Of a stretch of 64,000 nucleotides of DNA, positions 13,972-27,599 are shown piece by piece. Origin of the DNA: Octopus vulgaris (taxonomy: Eukaryota); contig OX597817.1 in the NCBI GenBank assembly GCA_951406725.2, positions 65,224,001 to 65,288,000 of the forward strand. Direction: 5' to 3'. The first letter of the stretch is position 1. The number at the start of each line of letters is the position of its first letter. Both the position numbers and the translations under genes were made by a program. The notes under the pieces were generated by a model. That model saw only the letters and a program-made list of their open reading frames with translations. It was not told the origin of the DNA and made no database searches.

Positions 13972-14144
13972 GCAGATATATAATGGCACTGATTGAAGTT
14001 GAGCTTAGAACGAAAACTGAAAAGTTGAAATGGTATACCTATGTTCATTAACAAACATAATCAATAGGTGATACTCGTACTCGTATTCGTGCAGTACCAC
14101 AAGTGGGTTCATATATCAAAATAAAAATAAACAGGGAAACGTAG

Positions 14145-14490
14145 ACATGACCGAATGATTAAGAAGTCGGCATCGTAACCACGTTGCTCAGGGTTCGACC
14201 CTGCTGCGCGTTAATTTAGATGCTATTTTAATGTAATCTCTTGTTGACAAATGCCTTGTAAACGGAAGTTGATAGATGAAAAAATGTGCGGATGACCATC
14301 GTGTGTGTATGTGTGTATGAATGAGTGTGTGTATTTATAGTCAAGTACAGTTCGATGACTACAGGTCGATAAAATACGAAAAAAATGAACTAGAAATACT
14401 GAAATAATTATCGGGGTTTATATATTCTACTAAAATATTTGAAGGCGTTGTCCCAGCACGACTGTAGCCCAATGTCTAACTACCAAGAAT
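14145..14490 (+). mobile_element. Decayed SINE family B
   Basis: GGGTTCGACCC B-box, GCCTTGTAAACGGA, internal (TG) tract, CCCAGCACGACTGTAG tail. Confidence 0.55.
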
Positions 14491-15419
14491 TGAAACCGTT
14501 GTTATTTTTATTGTTTCTACTTTTGGCACAAGGACTGAAATTTGAGAGGAGAGGATTAGTTGATTACAACGCCCCTAGTACTTGACTGGTGCTTATTTTA
14601 TCAACCGTAAAAGAATGAAAGACAAAGTAATTTAGTGTCTATATCAATATTTTCATTATTTCTCTAACAAGAGATTGTAAGACATGAAAAGAATTGATTG
14701 TAAGACATAAAAAGAATTTTTGAAAAACTGAAGAAATGGGTCAGCATCAGTTACAGAAAATTTCTGACAGGATTCACTGCGAGAACCCATTGTGTTATGA
14801 TTCCAAGGCATACAATTGGAACACATAGAATAAGACGAGGGTTTCATATGTTCATTATTAGATTGAAGACTGGCTTATATTGTTTAATTGCAGATTTACG
14901 AAGAGAAGCATCTATAAATTATTAGATGTCTGTGTTTAAACAAATCTTATAAAAAAAAACAAGAAAATAGTTATTCAATAATAAAATAAATCCTCTAAGA
15001 TTAAACAATAGCTTCGTTCTGTTACATCATCTATCAGCTCTCACCGAGGATATAAATATACAAGTAATCTTCACCAAGTCTTTCTAGCCATGTCCATCGC
15101 ACCATCAGAAATAGTTTGGCTTAGTTACTGAATGTACCATGTTTTAGCCCTTTTGATACCAACCAATTCGAGATCACTTATGAGGGGACACTTATTGTAA
15201 AGGGTTCATAATTAAATTCATAAATTCAAACCTTCCATTATAAGAAACTTCTAAGTTTTGACACAAACACCAACTAAAAAAATGAAACAAAATATGCTAC
15301 TTCGTTAATTCTTTCCAGATTCTTGATTATTTTAAAAATTAATTAAAATTCACAGCAAATCGCAGAGGATTATTGATTTCTCAAAATGGGTCACAATTGG
15401 GGGGAAAAAGGTTGGCTTA

Positions 15420-15876
15420 TACGTGGTTGTGTAGTTGAGAAGCTCGATTTCCCAACCATGCAGTACTGGGTTCAGTCCTACTGCGTAACGCCTTGGGGAA
15501 GTGTCTTTCAAAATAGCTATGAGTCGTTCAAAGCCTTGTGAGTGGATTTGGTTGGCGAAACTGAAAGTAGCTCGTCCTGCGCGCATGTGAGTGCGAGTGC
15601 GCGCGCGCGCGTGTGTATGTGTGATATATATATATACGTGTGCGTGTGTGGTGTGTGGGTTTGTGTTGTATTTGTCCCCTACCACCGCTTGACAATCGGT
15701 GTTAGTGTGTTTACGTCCCCCGTAACTTAGCAGTTCGGCAAATAAGAGTCCGATAGAATAAGTGCCAGGTTTTAAAAAACGAAAAGTAGGTATTGGAGTC
15801 GATTTGTTCGACTAAACCCACCAAGGCGGTGTCCCAGCATGGCCGCAGTCAAGTGAATGAAACAAGTAAAGATAAA
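15420..15876 (+). mobile_element. SINE family B, full length, with internal microsatellite
   Basis: tRNA-like head, CORE-like segment, internal (GC)/(TG)/(TA) tract, tail CAGCATGGCCGCAGTCAAGTGAATGAAACAAGTAAAG. Confidence 0.88.
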
Positions 15877-16132
15877 CGATGGAAACCTCTCTGACGGTCT
15901 CTCGTGGGTCGAAAATCTGAGTTGTTTCATGAGAGACAGATAGTCAAAACTAAAGGCTGACATTGACTGCAGCTGGCTGTGTGGCTGCGTAACTGGGTGG
16001 CTGGCTGTCAGGCTGGTTGCTGAGAAGCTTACTTTACTGGCTGAGTGCAGAAATATAGCAGCGGCATGTCGTAATGTAATATATGATATTTACAATAAAT
16101 ATCTTGCAGCAGCAGCAACAGTAGTAGTAATG

Positions 16133-16181
<49 letters not shown>

Positions 16182-16590
16182 CAGCAGCAACGTGGTTGGT
16201 GTTTGTTTTTACGCTAGCTAGCGTCGGATGCATGCAGCATGTTGTGTGCATTTATGTGCATTTGTGTAGCGCATAAGAGAGCTGAAATGAGTGAAAGTAA
16301 TTGAGAGAAATGGAGAGAGAGAGAGAGAGAGAAAACGAAAGAGAGGAGGGAGAAGCAAGAAATATACAAAGAGAGAAAGTGGTGAGAAGAGATGATTACA
16401 GAGGCAAGTGCGAAAGAAAAATAGAGTGAAAGAGAGAGGGAGAGAGGGGGGGGAAGTAAAAATCAGTTGTGATGAAAAGAGATATTTGAATAAGAGAAAC
16501 TAGGCATGTTTTTTGTATTTAATTCAAAAGCTTAACTAATAAACATATATGCATGCCACTGCGTGAGTGTGTGTGTGTGTGAGTGTGTAT

Positions 16591-16972
16591 ATTCTTTTAT
16601 TCTTTTACTTGTTTCAATCATTTGACTGCGGCCATGCTGGAGCACCGCCTTTAGTCGAGCAAATCGACCCCAGGACTTATTCTTTGTAAGCCTAGTACTT
16701 ATTCTGTCGGCCTCTTTTGCTGAATTGCTATGTTACGGGGACGTAAACATACCAATATCGGTTGTCAAGCGATGGTGGTGGGGGGACAAACACACACACA
16801 TACACACACACATATATATGACAGGCTTCTTTCAATTTCCGTCTACCAAATCCACTCACAAGGCTTTGGTCGGCCCGAGGTTATAGTAGAAGACACTTGC
16901 CCAAGGTGCCATGCAGTGGGAATGAACCCAGAACCATGTGGTTTGGGAAGCAAGCTTCTTAACACTCAGCCA
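16591..16972 (-). mobile_element. SINE family B, full length
   Basis: Reverse-complement homologue of 15420-15876. Confidence 0.9.
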
Positions 16973-18467
16973 CACACACACACACACATACTAATAGAAA
17001 TATATATTTCACTAATATAACGAGAATAAATCTTAGCGTTAATTTTAACAAAGTAATGGGATATATTGAAGTAGAGAGCGAATACATAGAAAAAGTTCGG
17101 GCATGAAATCAGAAATCGTAGGTTTTATACAGTTAAGATCAGAAATTTGGAAAGAAAAGAATGGTCTATTTCATAGGTTTTAGTTCATTACTAGTATTTT
17201 ATCTTATAACCCCTCTGGAAAGATGAAAGATGAAACTGACGAGTCAGAGATTTGAACTCAGAACATAAGCAATCAGAAAAATAAACTATGAAGCATTTTG
17301 TCGAACACTAACGATTCTGCCATGCCATCGCTCATATAGAGCAATACTATAACAGTATATAAGGATTTGTAATAAAGATAATATAAGGACGAAATGATGT
17401 GAAATATAAGGCAAAGTGTGTCTATGTACATGCACATATACATATGTGTATGAGTCTGTATGTGCAGGATGGTGCGTGTGTGAGCGTGTACGTAAGACGA
17501 TTAATATATAATACTATATAAAGGCAGCAGGCTGGCAGAATCGTTAGCAGCATTTCGTCCGTCTTTATCGATAAAATAAGTACCATTTGAGTACAAGGGT
17601 TGATGTACTCGACTCGCCCTCCTACCACGAATTGCTGGCTTTGTGCCAAAATTTGAAACCAATATATATTCTATATATCTATATTTGTTGTATGCTGCAA
17701 GTGATGTGTAGATGCATTATGCATACATACATGACTGTCATCAGCAGGTAAAAAAAGGTTAGTAAATGGATGTCATTGGTCTTGATGATGAAGACATTGT
17801 CTCTAAACAATATTAGTCTATATATCACAGCTTGTCCAAGGAAAAATCTACAATATATATTGTGTGCATGTGTGTGTATGTGTATGTGTGTGCGCGCATA
17901 TATAGATATACATTTGTATATGTATAGCTGACTGCGCTGAAAAGAGGGTTCCGTACAACACAACCCTTTATCCACTCAAAACAAGATTCACGCACAAGAA
18001 ATTCTTGAGGTCTCGGTACGTTTGCAGGGAGTTTAGGAAGTGATCATTCTCGGTAACGGGTTGACTTCTACCATACGAGTGTATTGTATATATGTGTACA
18101 TACATATAAACATATGAGCATATATATATACATGTATATAATTTTTAATTTGTAAGTCAAACCAACTAATATTTTGAAAGCATTTAATACGTACGTTTAT
18201 TCTGAAATGTATTAACTGAAGAAGATCTTGCGTAAAGGAATGTATTTCCTATTACATATTACTGAAATTTGAGACGTACGTACATGTATGTATGTATGTA
18301 TGTATGTATGTATGTATGTATGTATGTATGTATGTATACACTCACACACACACGCGTGAACACACACATACACACACATATACGCTTATATGTTTACGCG
18401 CTTGCTCTGACTTTCGTCAATATGAGTATGCGTGTGTGTATGTGTATGTGCATGTGTGAGTTTGTGT

Positions 18468-18508
<41 letters not shown>

Positions 18509-18556
18509 GTGTGTGTGTGTGTGCAGAATGAAAGGGACAGAGATAGATTGACAGAA

Positions 18557-18792
18557 GACGGCGAGCTGGCAGAAACGTTAGCACGCCGGGCGAAATGCTA
18601 AGCGGTATTTCGTCTGTCGCTACGTTCTGAGTTCAAATTCCGCCGAGGTCGACTTTGCCTTTCATCCTTTCGGAGTCGATAAATTAAGTACCAGTTACGC
18701 ACTGGGGTCGATATAATCGACTTAATCCCTTTGTCTGTCCTTGTTTGTCCCCTCTGTGTTTAGCCCCTTGTGGGCAATAAAGAAATAAGAAA
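18557..18792 (+). mobile_element. tRNA-derived SINE family A, well preserved, tail type 1
   Basis: A-box-like TGGCAGAAACGTTAG, B-box GAGTTCAAATTCC. Central GTCGACTTTGCCTTTCATCCTTTCGGAGTCGATAAATTAAGTACC resembles the Meta/Sauria-type SINE core (from memory). A-rich end. Confidence 0.92.
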
Positions 18793-19080
18793 ATATGACT
18801 TGGTGCGTTTGTGTGCATGCATGTGAGTTGGAGAGTTTATGAGTAAATGTAATAGTGTTCTAGTGGTGGTGGTGGTGGTGTGGGATTGGACAGCAAACAA
18901 CAAACTTAGACATGTTCACTCTCTCTTGTAGAAAAAAAGAGTATATAAGATATAAATACACATTACGCGCCCACATCTCTTGAAACTAACACAGACGCGC
19001 GCACACGCACTTAGACACACATACAGGCCTATATGATTGCTACACTGTTTTTTCCACATCTTATGTAAATACGCCACACA

Positions 19081-19140
<60 letters not shown>

Positions 19141-19495
19141 CACACATATAATATATATATATATATAATATACATATACACGCACATACACACACAGGCA
19201 CAAACACACACATATACATATATAAATGCAAACATGTAGATATAAAAAATATATACATTATAAACACACATTGCAAACGCACAAATGCATACACGTTATA
19301 TATATATATATATATATATATATGTTACATTTACACACACGCACATGTATATGTGTATATGAGTGTACATGCATGTATTTTTGTAGATTTGAATGTTTGG
19401 TAATGTATTGATATATGCATAAATGAATGCGTGATTGTATTGATTTTTCTTAGTATTGATGCGTATGTGGCGTGCATTTTTAATTTGCCTCTGTT

Positions 19496-19559
<64 letters not shown>

Positions 19560-19629
19560 TATTCGATTGTATGTACATCTATCAGATTTTCATTTATCAA
19601 CAGGCTTGTAGGCATTGATGATAATTATA

Positions 19630-20232
19630 ATTCTTTTTAATTTTGGCTTAAGGCCAGTAATTATAGAAGAGAGTGATAGTCGATCACATCAAACCCAAAG
19701 CTCAACTTCTACTTATTTTATTGACCACTAAAAATGATGAATAAAGTTAGGCTCAGCGGAATATGAGCATAGAACATAAAGAGTTCGAAGAAATTCTTCC
19801 ATTAAGCATTTTCATTGACGCTCTAACGATTTTGCCAGCTTGACGCCTTTAATAATGGTTTCAAATTCCAGATCAGAAATTTTGAAGGAAAGGTATTTGT
19901 CGATAGCGACCGTCATACTTGACTGGTGCTTTTTTTTTTTTTATTGACCCCAAAACGATGAAAAAGGATTTGAAACCAGGTCGAAAGAAATGTCGCGAAG
20001 CTACTGCTGCTGCTGACAATAATGGTTTCGAATTTTGGCGCAAGTCAACAATTTCGGAGACGGGAGCAAGTCAATTACATCAACCCCAGTCTTCAACTGT
20101 TACTTATTTTATCAACCTGAAAGGATAAAAGGCAAAAACCAGCGTCGTCGTAATTTGAACTAGAAACCTAAAGCTGGGAAAAATGTCACGGAGCATTTTA
20201 TTCGACGTGCTAGCGATTCTGCCAGCTCACCA
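19630..20232 (-). mobile_element. Three tandem decayed family A SINE copies
   Basis: Repeated TTATTTTATTGACC / TTTGAAC / TGCCAGCT motifs. Confidence 0.65.
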
Positions 20233-20755
20233 CAGAAGTAAACAATAGTAATAATTATTGTCATTTTTACAGATTTTTACATGTATGTTAAATATTAGGC
20301 TAGAAGTATGATACGGACATATAGTCACGTATATTATAAACGTATTGAGACATATGTATATAATAAACACTCATACATAAAGATATACATACATATACAT
20401 GTATATACACACACATATATATAAACATATATATATATATATATATAAACATATATATATATATATATATAAAACCACACACGCGCACACGCACATACAC
20501 ACACGGACGCACACGCATTCAAACACACACTCACATCCACACACACACGGGCACAAACACACTTTCGTCATCAACAGTGGCAGAATGCCATTTGCAAATT
20601 GAATTCTTGTTACAAGCAGTACTGATTTACATCAGAATGAAATCTTAGGTATCTGAAATTTAACATAAATATTATTTAAAAAATGTTATCTACACCTTGT
20701 ATTTTGAATAAGCATTGTCCCATTCCAGTTCGTTACAAACGTAAATACATCCCAC

Positions 20756-20796
<41 letters not shown>

Positions 20797-20884
20797 AATC
20801 CCCCAAAACAAAAAACAAAAACAACAACAACACGAGGACGTGGTACATATAATGTATTAGCAGACGCTCAGGAAAGAAAATATG

Positions 20885-20920
20885 GTTTAACGTTTCGAGC
20901 AGATGCTCTTCATCGGAAAC
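20885..20920 (-). ncRNA. Minimal type-I hammerhead ribozyme motif (U4C core variant) in a PLE terminus spanning about 20793-20925
   Basis: Minus strand GTTT-CCGATGA-A-GAGC-ATCT-GCTC-GAAAC-GTT-AAAC: stem I GTTT/AAAC, stem II GAGC/GCTC, palindromic stem III ACGT, GUU site. Confidence 0.65.
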
Positions 20921-20987
20921 AGGAAAGTTCAATAGAAGGCAAGAGGGAGGAGGAAAATCGCCAACGATTCACATGTGGTTACATTTT

Positions 20988-21092
<105 letters not shown>

Positions 21093-21161
21093 GGAGTAAA
21101 CACATAAATGTGAAACAAGGTGGAAAAAAGAGTACTCAAATACCAGTGGTAGAGTAATATG

Positions 21162-21305
21162 CTTTATTTTAAGCAGCAGAAAATTCAACAAAATCTGTTA
21201 CTCTGAGTTTCTCGTTGCCGTTCATCAGACAAAAACTGTCTGATGAACGGCAACGAGAAACTCAGAGTAACAGATTTTGTTGAATTTTCTGCTGCTTAAA
21301 ATAAA

Positions 21306-21306
<1 letters not shown>
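21162..21306. repeat. Perfect 70-bp inverted repeat with 5-nt spacer (inverted PLE terminus)
   Basis: Arms 21162-21231 and 21237-21306 are exact reverse complements; spacer AAAAC. The element (from about 21091) sits between two (TA)n arrays. Confidence 0.95.
21229..21280 (+). ncRNA. Minimal hammerhead ribozyme motif (mirror copy on the minus strand in the left arm)
   Basis: ACAAAAACTGT-CTGATGA-ACGGCAACGA-GAAAC-TCAGA-GTA-ACAGATTTTGT: canonical CUGAUGA and GAAA, stem I with one A-A mismatch, stem III ACTC/GAGT with 1-nt loop, GUA site. Stem II closing pair is mismatched. Confidence 0.72.
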
Positions 21307-21360
<54 letters not shown>

Positions 21361-22218
21361 TGTATGTGTGTGTGTTTTACACCATTCACTACGGGGCATT
21401 TCCTACATCAGTAGCCGACTGTAAAGTCATAACCCTTTTATCACCTGTTCTCAGTAGCGACAGACAAGTTTGTTACAGCTATGTATACTATAAGGGAATG
21501 TCCGAGTTATTTTGGTCAATTGTGTACTGTGCTACTCCATTTATGATTCAAGGAGTCACCTCAGCAAACCAGGTCAGGTGTGAGCATTCAAAACAACCAA
21601 TCACATACACAAATACACACAGAGAATCACTCACTGCTTCCTTCACACTTCCATGCAGACGCACTAACAGCTGTTTCTGTGGTAGAAAAGGTTATAGACA
21701 GTCGAGACATGATGCAAAGTATTTTCTGCATAATCTGTGCACACCCTTGCTGCCGTCACCTTCACTGCTGTCACCACCACACCCGCTACCTTCACAACCA
21801 TTACTGCCGCCATCAACCCCAACATTGCTATCATTATCAACGCTACATCTGCCATTACTACTACTCACCTCCAACATTTTCTCTACTGGTACCACCACCA
21901 CCACCACCATCCCCGTTAAACTAACCAAGGAGTTAATGAACAATTCTACATGATTGCTCAGTCTACTAGAAACAGCTGCCAAATACTCTCGAATCACAAC
22001 CCGGCCAACTTAAGCCAGTAAGGACACATCGAACAAAATAGTATTACATACTTCCAAAACGATGAGGTGGTCACGGCTTGTTCACCCAAGCTTGACTTGT
22101 GGTTAAACCGTAACAACTGACATCATCACACTCACTTATATTCCTCTCCCTACACTTCTACTACTGCCGCCACCGCAGCCATTGCAGCTACAGCTTCCAC
22201 TGCAGCAGCTGCCGCTAT

Positions 22219-22362
<144 letters not shown>

Positions 22363-22638
22363 CCAACACCCAAATATTTCTGGCAACTTTCCATGCTAAA
22401 CAGCAAACTTAACCTTAAAATTTCTTGAGGTTAACAAAGTGGTTGATGATAGTAGTGTGAATGGTAGTGGTGCTTGGAAGTGGTGGCGGTGATTGAGATG
22501 AAGGTCGAGGTCGTGGTGGTGGTAATGAAAGTCATGGTAGCGGTGTAATAATGCCTGTGGTGTGATGATGGTAACTGTGCTAACGATAATATACTGACGA
22601 TAGTTGTTTTAATAATACTGGTGGTGGTGTCGGCATGA

Positions 22639-22640
<2 letters not shown>

Positions 22641-22696
<56 letters not shown>

Positions 22697-22991
22697 GTCA
22701 TTATTGTTGTTGTTATTGTTGTTGTTGTTGTTGTTTTACTTTTAATCTGCATCTTTGTTACAGTCACTTGCCGAGACACACCCAGCATCCTGGGGCAAGT
22801 GAAGGATAAGAGATGTTACAGCATGACTGAACACTTGGGGAGGGGAAGTAGCGAAATATCTTCATGTAATACAACACAAACATCTAAATGGATAGTGTTT
22901 TTCTAAGGATGTGGGAGTACTTGTCAGTACAATCTTTTGGATTTCTTTGAGACATGGTTCTCCTGGGATGATGTCAAGATGTTTCTGACAT
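22641..22991 (-). mobile_element. R4/Dong-type (RLE) LINE 3' end with (AAC)n(AAT)n tail
   Basis: Minus translation CQKHLDIIPGEPCLKEIQKIVLTST-(fs)-HILRKTLSI*, the typical RLE-element C-terminus. Confidence 0.75.
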
Positions 22992-22999
22992 CAACAGTC

Positions 23000-23678
23000 A
23001 ATATTCACTGGGTAATTTGCAAAAACCTGGACCTACCCCATGATAAAAACTGGTGGGAACACAAACCACTTCCACTGCTTGAAAATAATCACATCTCACT
23101 CCTCGAACTTCACTGTTCAAACTGAGAGAAAGATAGATGCGAATAGGCCAGACATTATATTGAAAGACTTCAGACAAAAGTCATGCTTCCTCATTGATCT
23201 GACTGTCCCAATCGACATAAACGTATCTGTCAAGACCTACCAAAAAACTGAACAAGTATAAAGATCTTGAAACAGAAATTGGCAAAATGTGGAACCTGAA
23301 GACTAAAACAATACCTGTTGTCATAGGTGCCCTAGGAATGATAGCAAAAGGGATTGATTGCTACCTAGCTCAGATACCAGGTACCCCAAAATGGCAGAAA
23401 TTCAACCGATAGTGTTCATTGGAACTGTCCATACCCTACGTAAAATACTGTCTATGTAATTTTAAATTTTAAAACAAACTCATAATTTTCTTATGTTTTC
23501 TTAAACATTCTCTAGAACAATACTATGTGCAAAACCAAATATATGGCACCCTAGGCTTAACACCAGTATGAACTTCTAACTTGTTGTCTCTTGAGGTCTC
23601 TGGGTGAGACTTAGAGTCGACTTGCACAATTATAAAGTAAAAGTCAAACATATAATAATAATAATAATAATAATAATA
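23000..23678 (+). mobile_element. R4/Dong-type LINE 3' part (restriction-like endonuclease domain) ending in (TAA)n
   Basis: IHWVICKNL...WWEHKP, QTERKIDANRPDII...LIDLTVP, KYKDLETEIGKMW...IPVVIGALG: the RPD...D...K RLE motif. Confidence 0.9.
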
Positions 23679-24130
23679 GAAGGTGGCAGAGGCCTTACAC
23701 AGCTAGAAAACTATGACAGAATAACCACTACAGGACTACAGAATTACTTACTTCAGAAGCAAGGAAAACTAATACAAATAGCCACAAAATACGAACAAAA
23801 CAAAAAAACTGTTTTCTGTCTTTAAGAAAACTGACAAATATAAAAAGAAGTCATAGTATCTAACAGCTACGAGGAAAAAGAAGAAACAACAAAAACTGTG
23901 AAACAACTGAAATCCAAACTAAAACTGAAACAGCAACTTATCACGATGAAGCGATGGCAAGAAAAGCCCCCCCCCCCCACATGACAAATATTCAGTTAAG
24001 CTAAACAGAAAAGAAATAGACAAAGCAAAATCCCAACAATGGTTGAGAAGCTCAGGACTCAAAGCAGAGACTGAAGGATTTTTAATTGCAATACAAGATC
24101 AAAGTCTTCCCACAAGAAATCACCAAAAAA
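23679..24130 (+). mobile_element. R4/Dong-type LINE internal fragment (post-RT linker)
   Basis: EGGRGLTQLE...WLRSSGLKAETEGFLIAIQDQSLPTRN. Confidence 0.85.
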
Positions 24131-24189
24131 CACGTGATGAATATAAAATACAAGTATCTGTACCTATAGTAGAAAAGCATACTAGTAGT

Positions 24190-24410
24190 AGCGCTAGCGA
24201 ATGTGGGCAAAAGTATTTGCGTGTATATGCATTAAATAGGACACGTATGCGTAGTTTACTCACTACAGACCTACAATTGTTCTCTTCAGGTGGAGCGCCA
24301 CTAGAGTTAGTTGAGGACTTCCTGTATCTGAGAGCAAAGATTGGGAACACAGAGGGTGATATAGTAGAGAGGAGAAGCAAAGCCTGGGCGGCATGTCACA
24401 GTTTGAGATC
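24190..24410 (+). mobile_element. RTE-type RT fragment
   Basis: LELVEDFLYLRAKIGNTEGDIVERRSKAWAACHSL resembles the RT domain 7/thumb (F.YLG...DI..R..KAWAA). Confidence 0.7.
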
Positions 24411-24840
24411 CTCTGAGTCTAGTGGGACGAATGATGCTATCCTCAAACTGTTGCAATGGCCTCTATGTTTGTAATAGCATGAACACAGCTAAAAGTATCC
24501 AAAGGCCAAATGGTTTTATACCGGGTGACGGAATAATTCTATCATCCATGATGTAGAATGTCACTTAAATAAAATCTGGCTGCGATTACTAGCACATCGA
24601 GCGAATGCATAGAGGCTCCGTCGTCGTCAAAGAGTGAGCTTAACTGTTTGGGCATCATGGGTTATTTGGCAAGGTTCTGATTGACTTTGAAGTAAAGACA
24701 GATAAGGCTAATTTTCAACATTAACTTTTGAAGGTGACTTATTGAAAGTAACATTTTCCTCTGCAACACCAGGTGCACGTTCATGTTCCGCGTTAAGTTT
24801 GTGTGTGTGCGTGTATGTGTGCGTGTATGTGTGCGTGCGT

Positions 24841-24922
<82 letters not shown>

Positions 24923-24959
24923 CTGTATGTGTGTGTGTGTGTGTGCAGCTTTTGTTTTT

Positions 24960-25265
24960 CAGGGAGAGGAAAAGTGTTTGCGTTTCACCTAATTTGCTGT
25001 GTTTTAAGATTTGTAGTTCCTTGTGCTTTCTCTTCCTGGTGTTTGCTCTTGTTTGTGATTAAAGCTTCTACAATATGAAGTCAGTGATTATTTACTTTGT
25101 AAATTGTATTACTGTATTAAGAGGGTGATACGTGAGATGGATGTTGTTAGGGTGGTGCTACGAAATTGAGAATGTCTTACATAGAATGTCTGCTGTTCCC
25201 TAATATAGCTTTATATTGTTATCTTTGTAAAGTTGTAAGTCCTGGTATGCTGCTTGTTTTGGTCA
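24960..25265 (-). mobile_element. Decayed R4/Dong-type LINE 3' end
   Basis: Minus strand reads IPGL...(fs)GTADILCKTFSI. Confidence 0.5.
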
Positions 25266-25858
25266 ATTTTCTATTTCTTATCAGATCAACCACACCAATT
25301 ACATTATGCAACAAATTATAAATGTTACCGGAAAGAGAAATACCGATTTCTTACAATTTAGCGATTCTAAATTCAGGCCTGAAATCCATATTTTGCCATC
25401 ACAACTAGATTTTGCTTCACAATATTCCTCTTCGTGTTATCCTTGAAATTTAGATAGTGCTAGCCGCGTTTCAAAGTTTCCTTTTAAAAATAGTGTGAGC
25501 TACATAGGAAAGACGTTAAACAGGTGTATCCTTCCTCCTTTACTATGGCTTATGACAAAATAAATATTCTCTGAGAAAATTACCACCCATGCACCTTAGA
25601 ATCCGTCTTAAGTACACGAAGTTATTGCAAGAATTTCCTCTGTTATTGTAAGTACTTATTGCACAGCGAAATATACTGTGTTATTCTATTTCGTTTTATG
25701 AGATTCAGATCAGTCTCGTAATATAAACCAGCCATAATTACCCATCATATCTGAGTTGAACTAGCTTTCGTATATGCTTTCCATAACAGAGATATCTTAA
25801 TGGAAACATTCACCGTGCTCGTTGCTTATTGCAATAAAATTCTGAGGTGTGTGTGTGT

Positions 25859-25948
<90 letters not shown>

Positions 25949-26019
25949 TGCCAGTCGATATCTGAATACAAAATATGTATATTAAGAGATATCCTGTAAC
26001 CCGATATTTCATATGAATT

Positions 26020-26350
26020 CAACAGGTCGCTCTTGAGCTAACAGTAGTTCTTCCAGTGACCTCTACAGAAGTTATGTTAGTTATATTATTCTCGAAACTC
26101 AATAAGAGTTTCGGGAATGATGATCGTTGATGATACGAATATATGGAACAGTGAAAATTCCAACCTGTTTTGAAATCTGTTTAAATACCACTGAATTCGG
26201 TTTTCAAATGTTAAAATCACCTTCCATGATGACCCTTGCCTTTTTCAAACTTGTTTATAAGCTCCAACTTGATATGGAGAGGTGCAAGATATACTCTTTC
26301 GTAGTGTCCTTAGTTATATATCCTATTTTCAAACTACCCTTTCTTATCTA
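26020..26350 (-). pseudogene. Possible AP-endonuclease relic of a LINE
   Basis: Minus translation LKKARVIMEGDFNI (GDFN motif); the rest is heavily decayed. Confidence 0.3.
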
Positions 26351-27599
26351 GTGAGAGCGCGGTCAGGTTTTTATAGCGATTCTTAATATCCCTGCTAACC
26401 CATAAACACAATGTCACAAATGTTTTGTGTATCCAAGCTGTAGACATCACAAGTACTGAAATAACTTTCAGGGAGCCTCAAATGTTCCAGTACTGATAGT
26501 TCAGATACACTGCAATTATTGAAATTTTCTTGTTTTTGTCTTTAAGATTAACATTACTAGAATTAGTGAAAACTACACGCATTCAGATCTCGTGCATCAG
26601 ACTATAAACACTCTTAAGAAAAAAACAAAAGAAAAAAAAAAGAAAAAAAAAAGAAAAAACTACTTTTTCGTTGATTAAAACAATGAAAATCTCAAATGGC
26701 CATAGTAAAAAATATGAAATTGCGGTTATTCCTGAAATTTGAAACCAAGTAATTTCTTTTTCAACTTCTCACTCGATCGTTTAAATCTTAGCTTAATAGA
26801 TATGGAGATTATGTTCGTCTGGGTCAGGTGGGTTGTTCAGTTCACTGTCACTGACAATACTAGATTCTTGAAAATAACCTACTCTGCATTAGACGGAACT
26901 GGCAAAAGATATATTTTATCACATTGTATAGCTATCAAGGCTGATTCAGTCTCGATGCTTGAATTTAAATATATTTTACTTTGCAAAAACCTAATATCTT
27001 CGTTTTGTAGAAATAACAATCATCGCGATGATCTTAGTCTTATTCCAAATCATGAGAACAGGAAATGTCTTCTGTTTAGCATTCACTGCGTACAACATAT
27101 ATGTGGTATCCGAATCTACTTTAATGACCAGTTTCATTTTCATTGCTGTATGAATTCTTCTATGCTCTTACAGAGATGTATACTTCCCACATATTTAGCA
27201 AAACCTCTCGTAATGTGATTTACACAAAAGTATTTATTCGTTGACATTACACTAATGCAATACCATTCTAAAATATATTATGCTCTGGCCATTTAATTTA
27301 ATTCAAGTATTTTAACGAAGAGTGTATCAAAGTGTAAGCTTACTGTCACGCGGCCAATGGTTGACCATATTACACATCAAACTAATTCGTTATTGCCCAA
27401 AAGTACTCTCCTTTATTTGACAAAGGGAGAAAGCTATGGTGCAATTTTCATAGCTGTATCGATTTGATATTAAATGTGTATGTGAACATTTTTATATGCA
27501 GTTTACACTAAAATGTCCAGAAACGGAAGGAAAAGATTAGGAAAAATCTATACATGATATATCATTTTAAATAACATGTTTGAAATCAGCGTACTGATA

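Noticed and set aside
21162-21306. Pre-miRNA or terminator reading of the hairpin
   Set aside because: A perfect 70-bp stem with hammerhead cores and PLE-type flanks is better explained as an inverted TE end.
21360-21953. 197-aa Pro/Leu/Thr-rich ORF
   Set aside because: Largely a decayed trinucleotide-like tract open in several frames; no recognisable motif.
26739-27218. 159-aa non-repeat ORF
   Set aside because: Non-ATG start, no recognisable domain, no convincing splice context.
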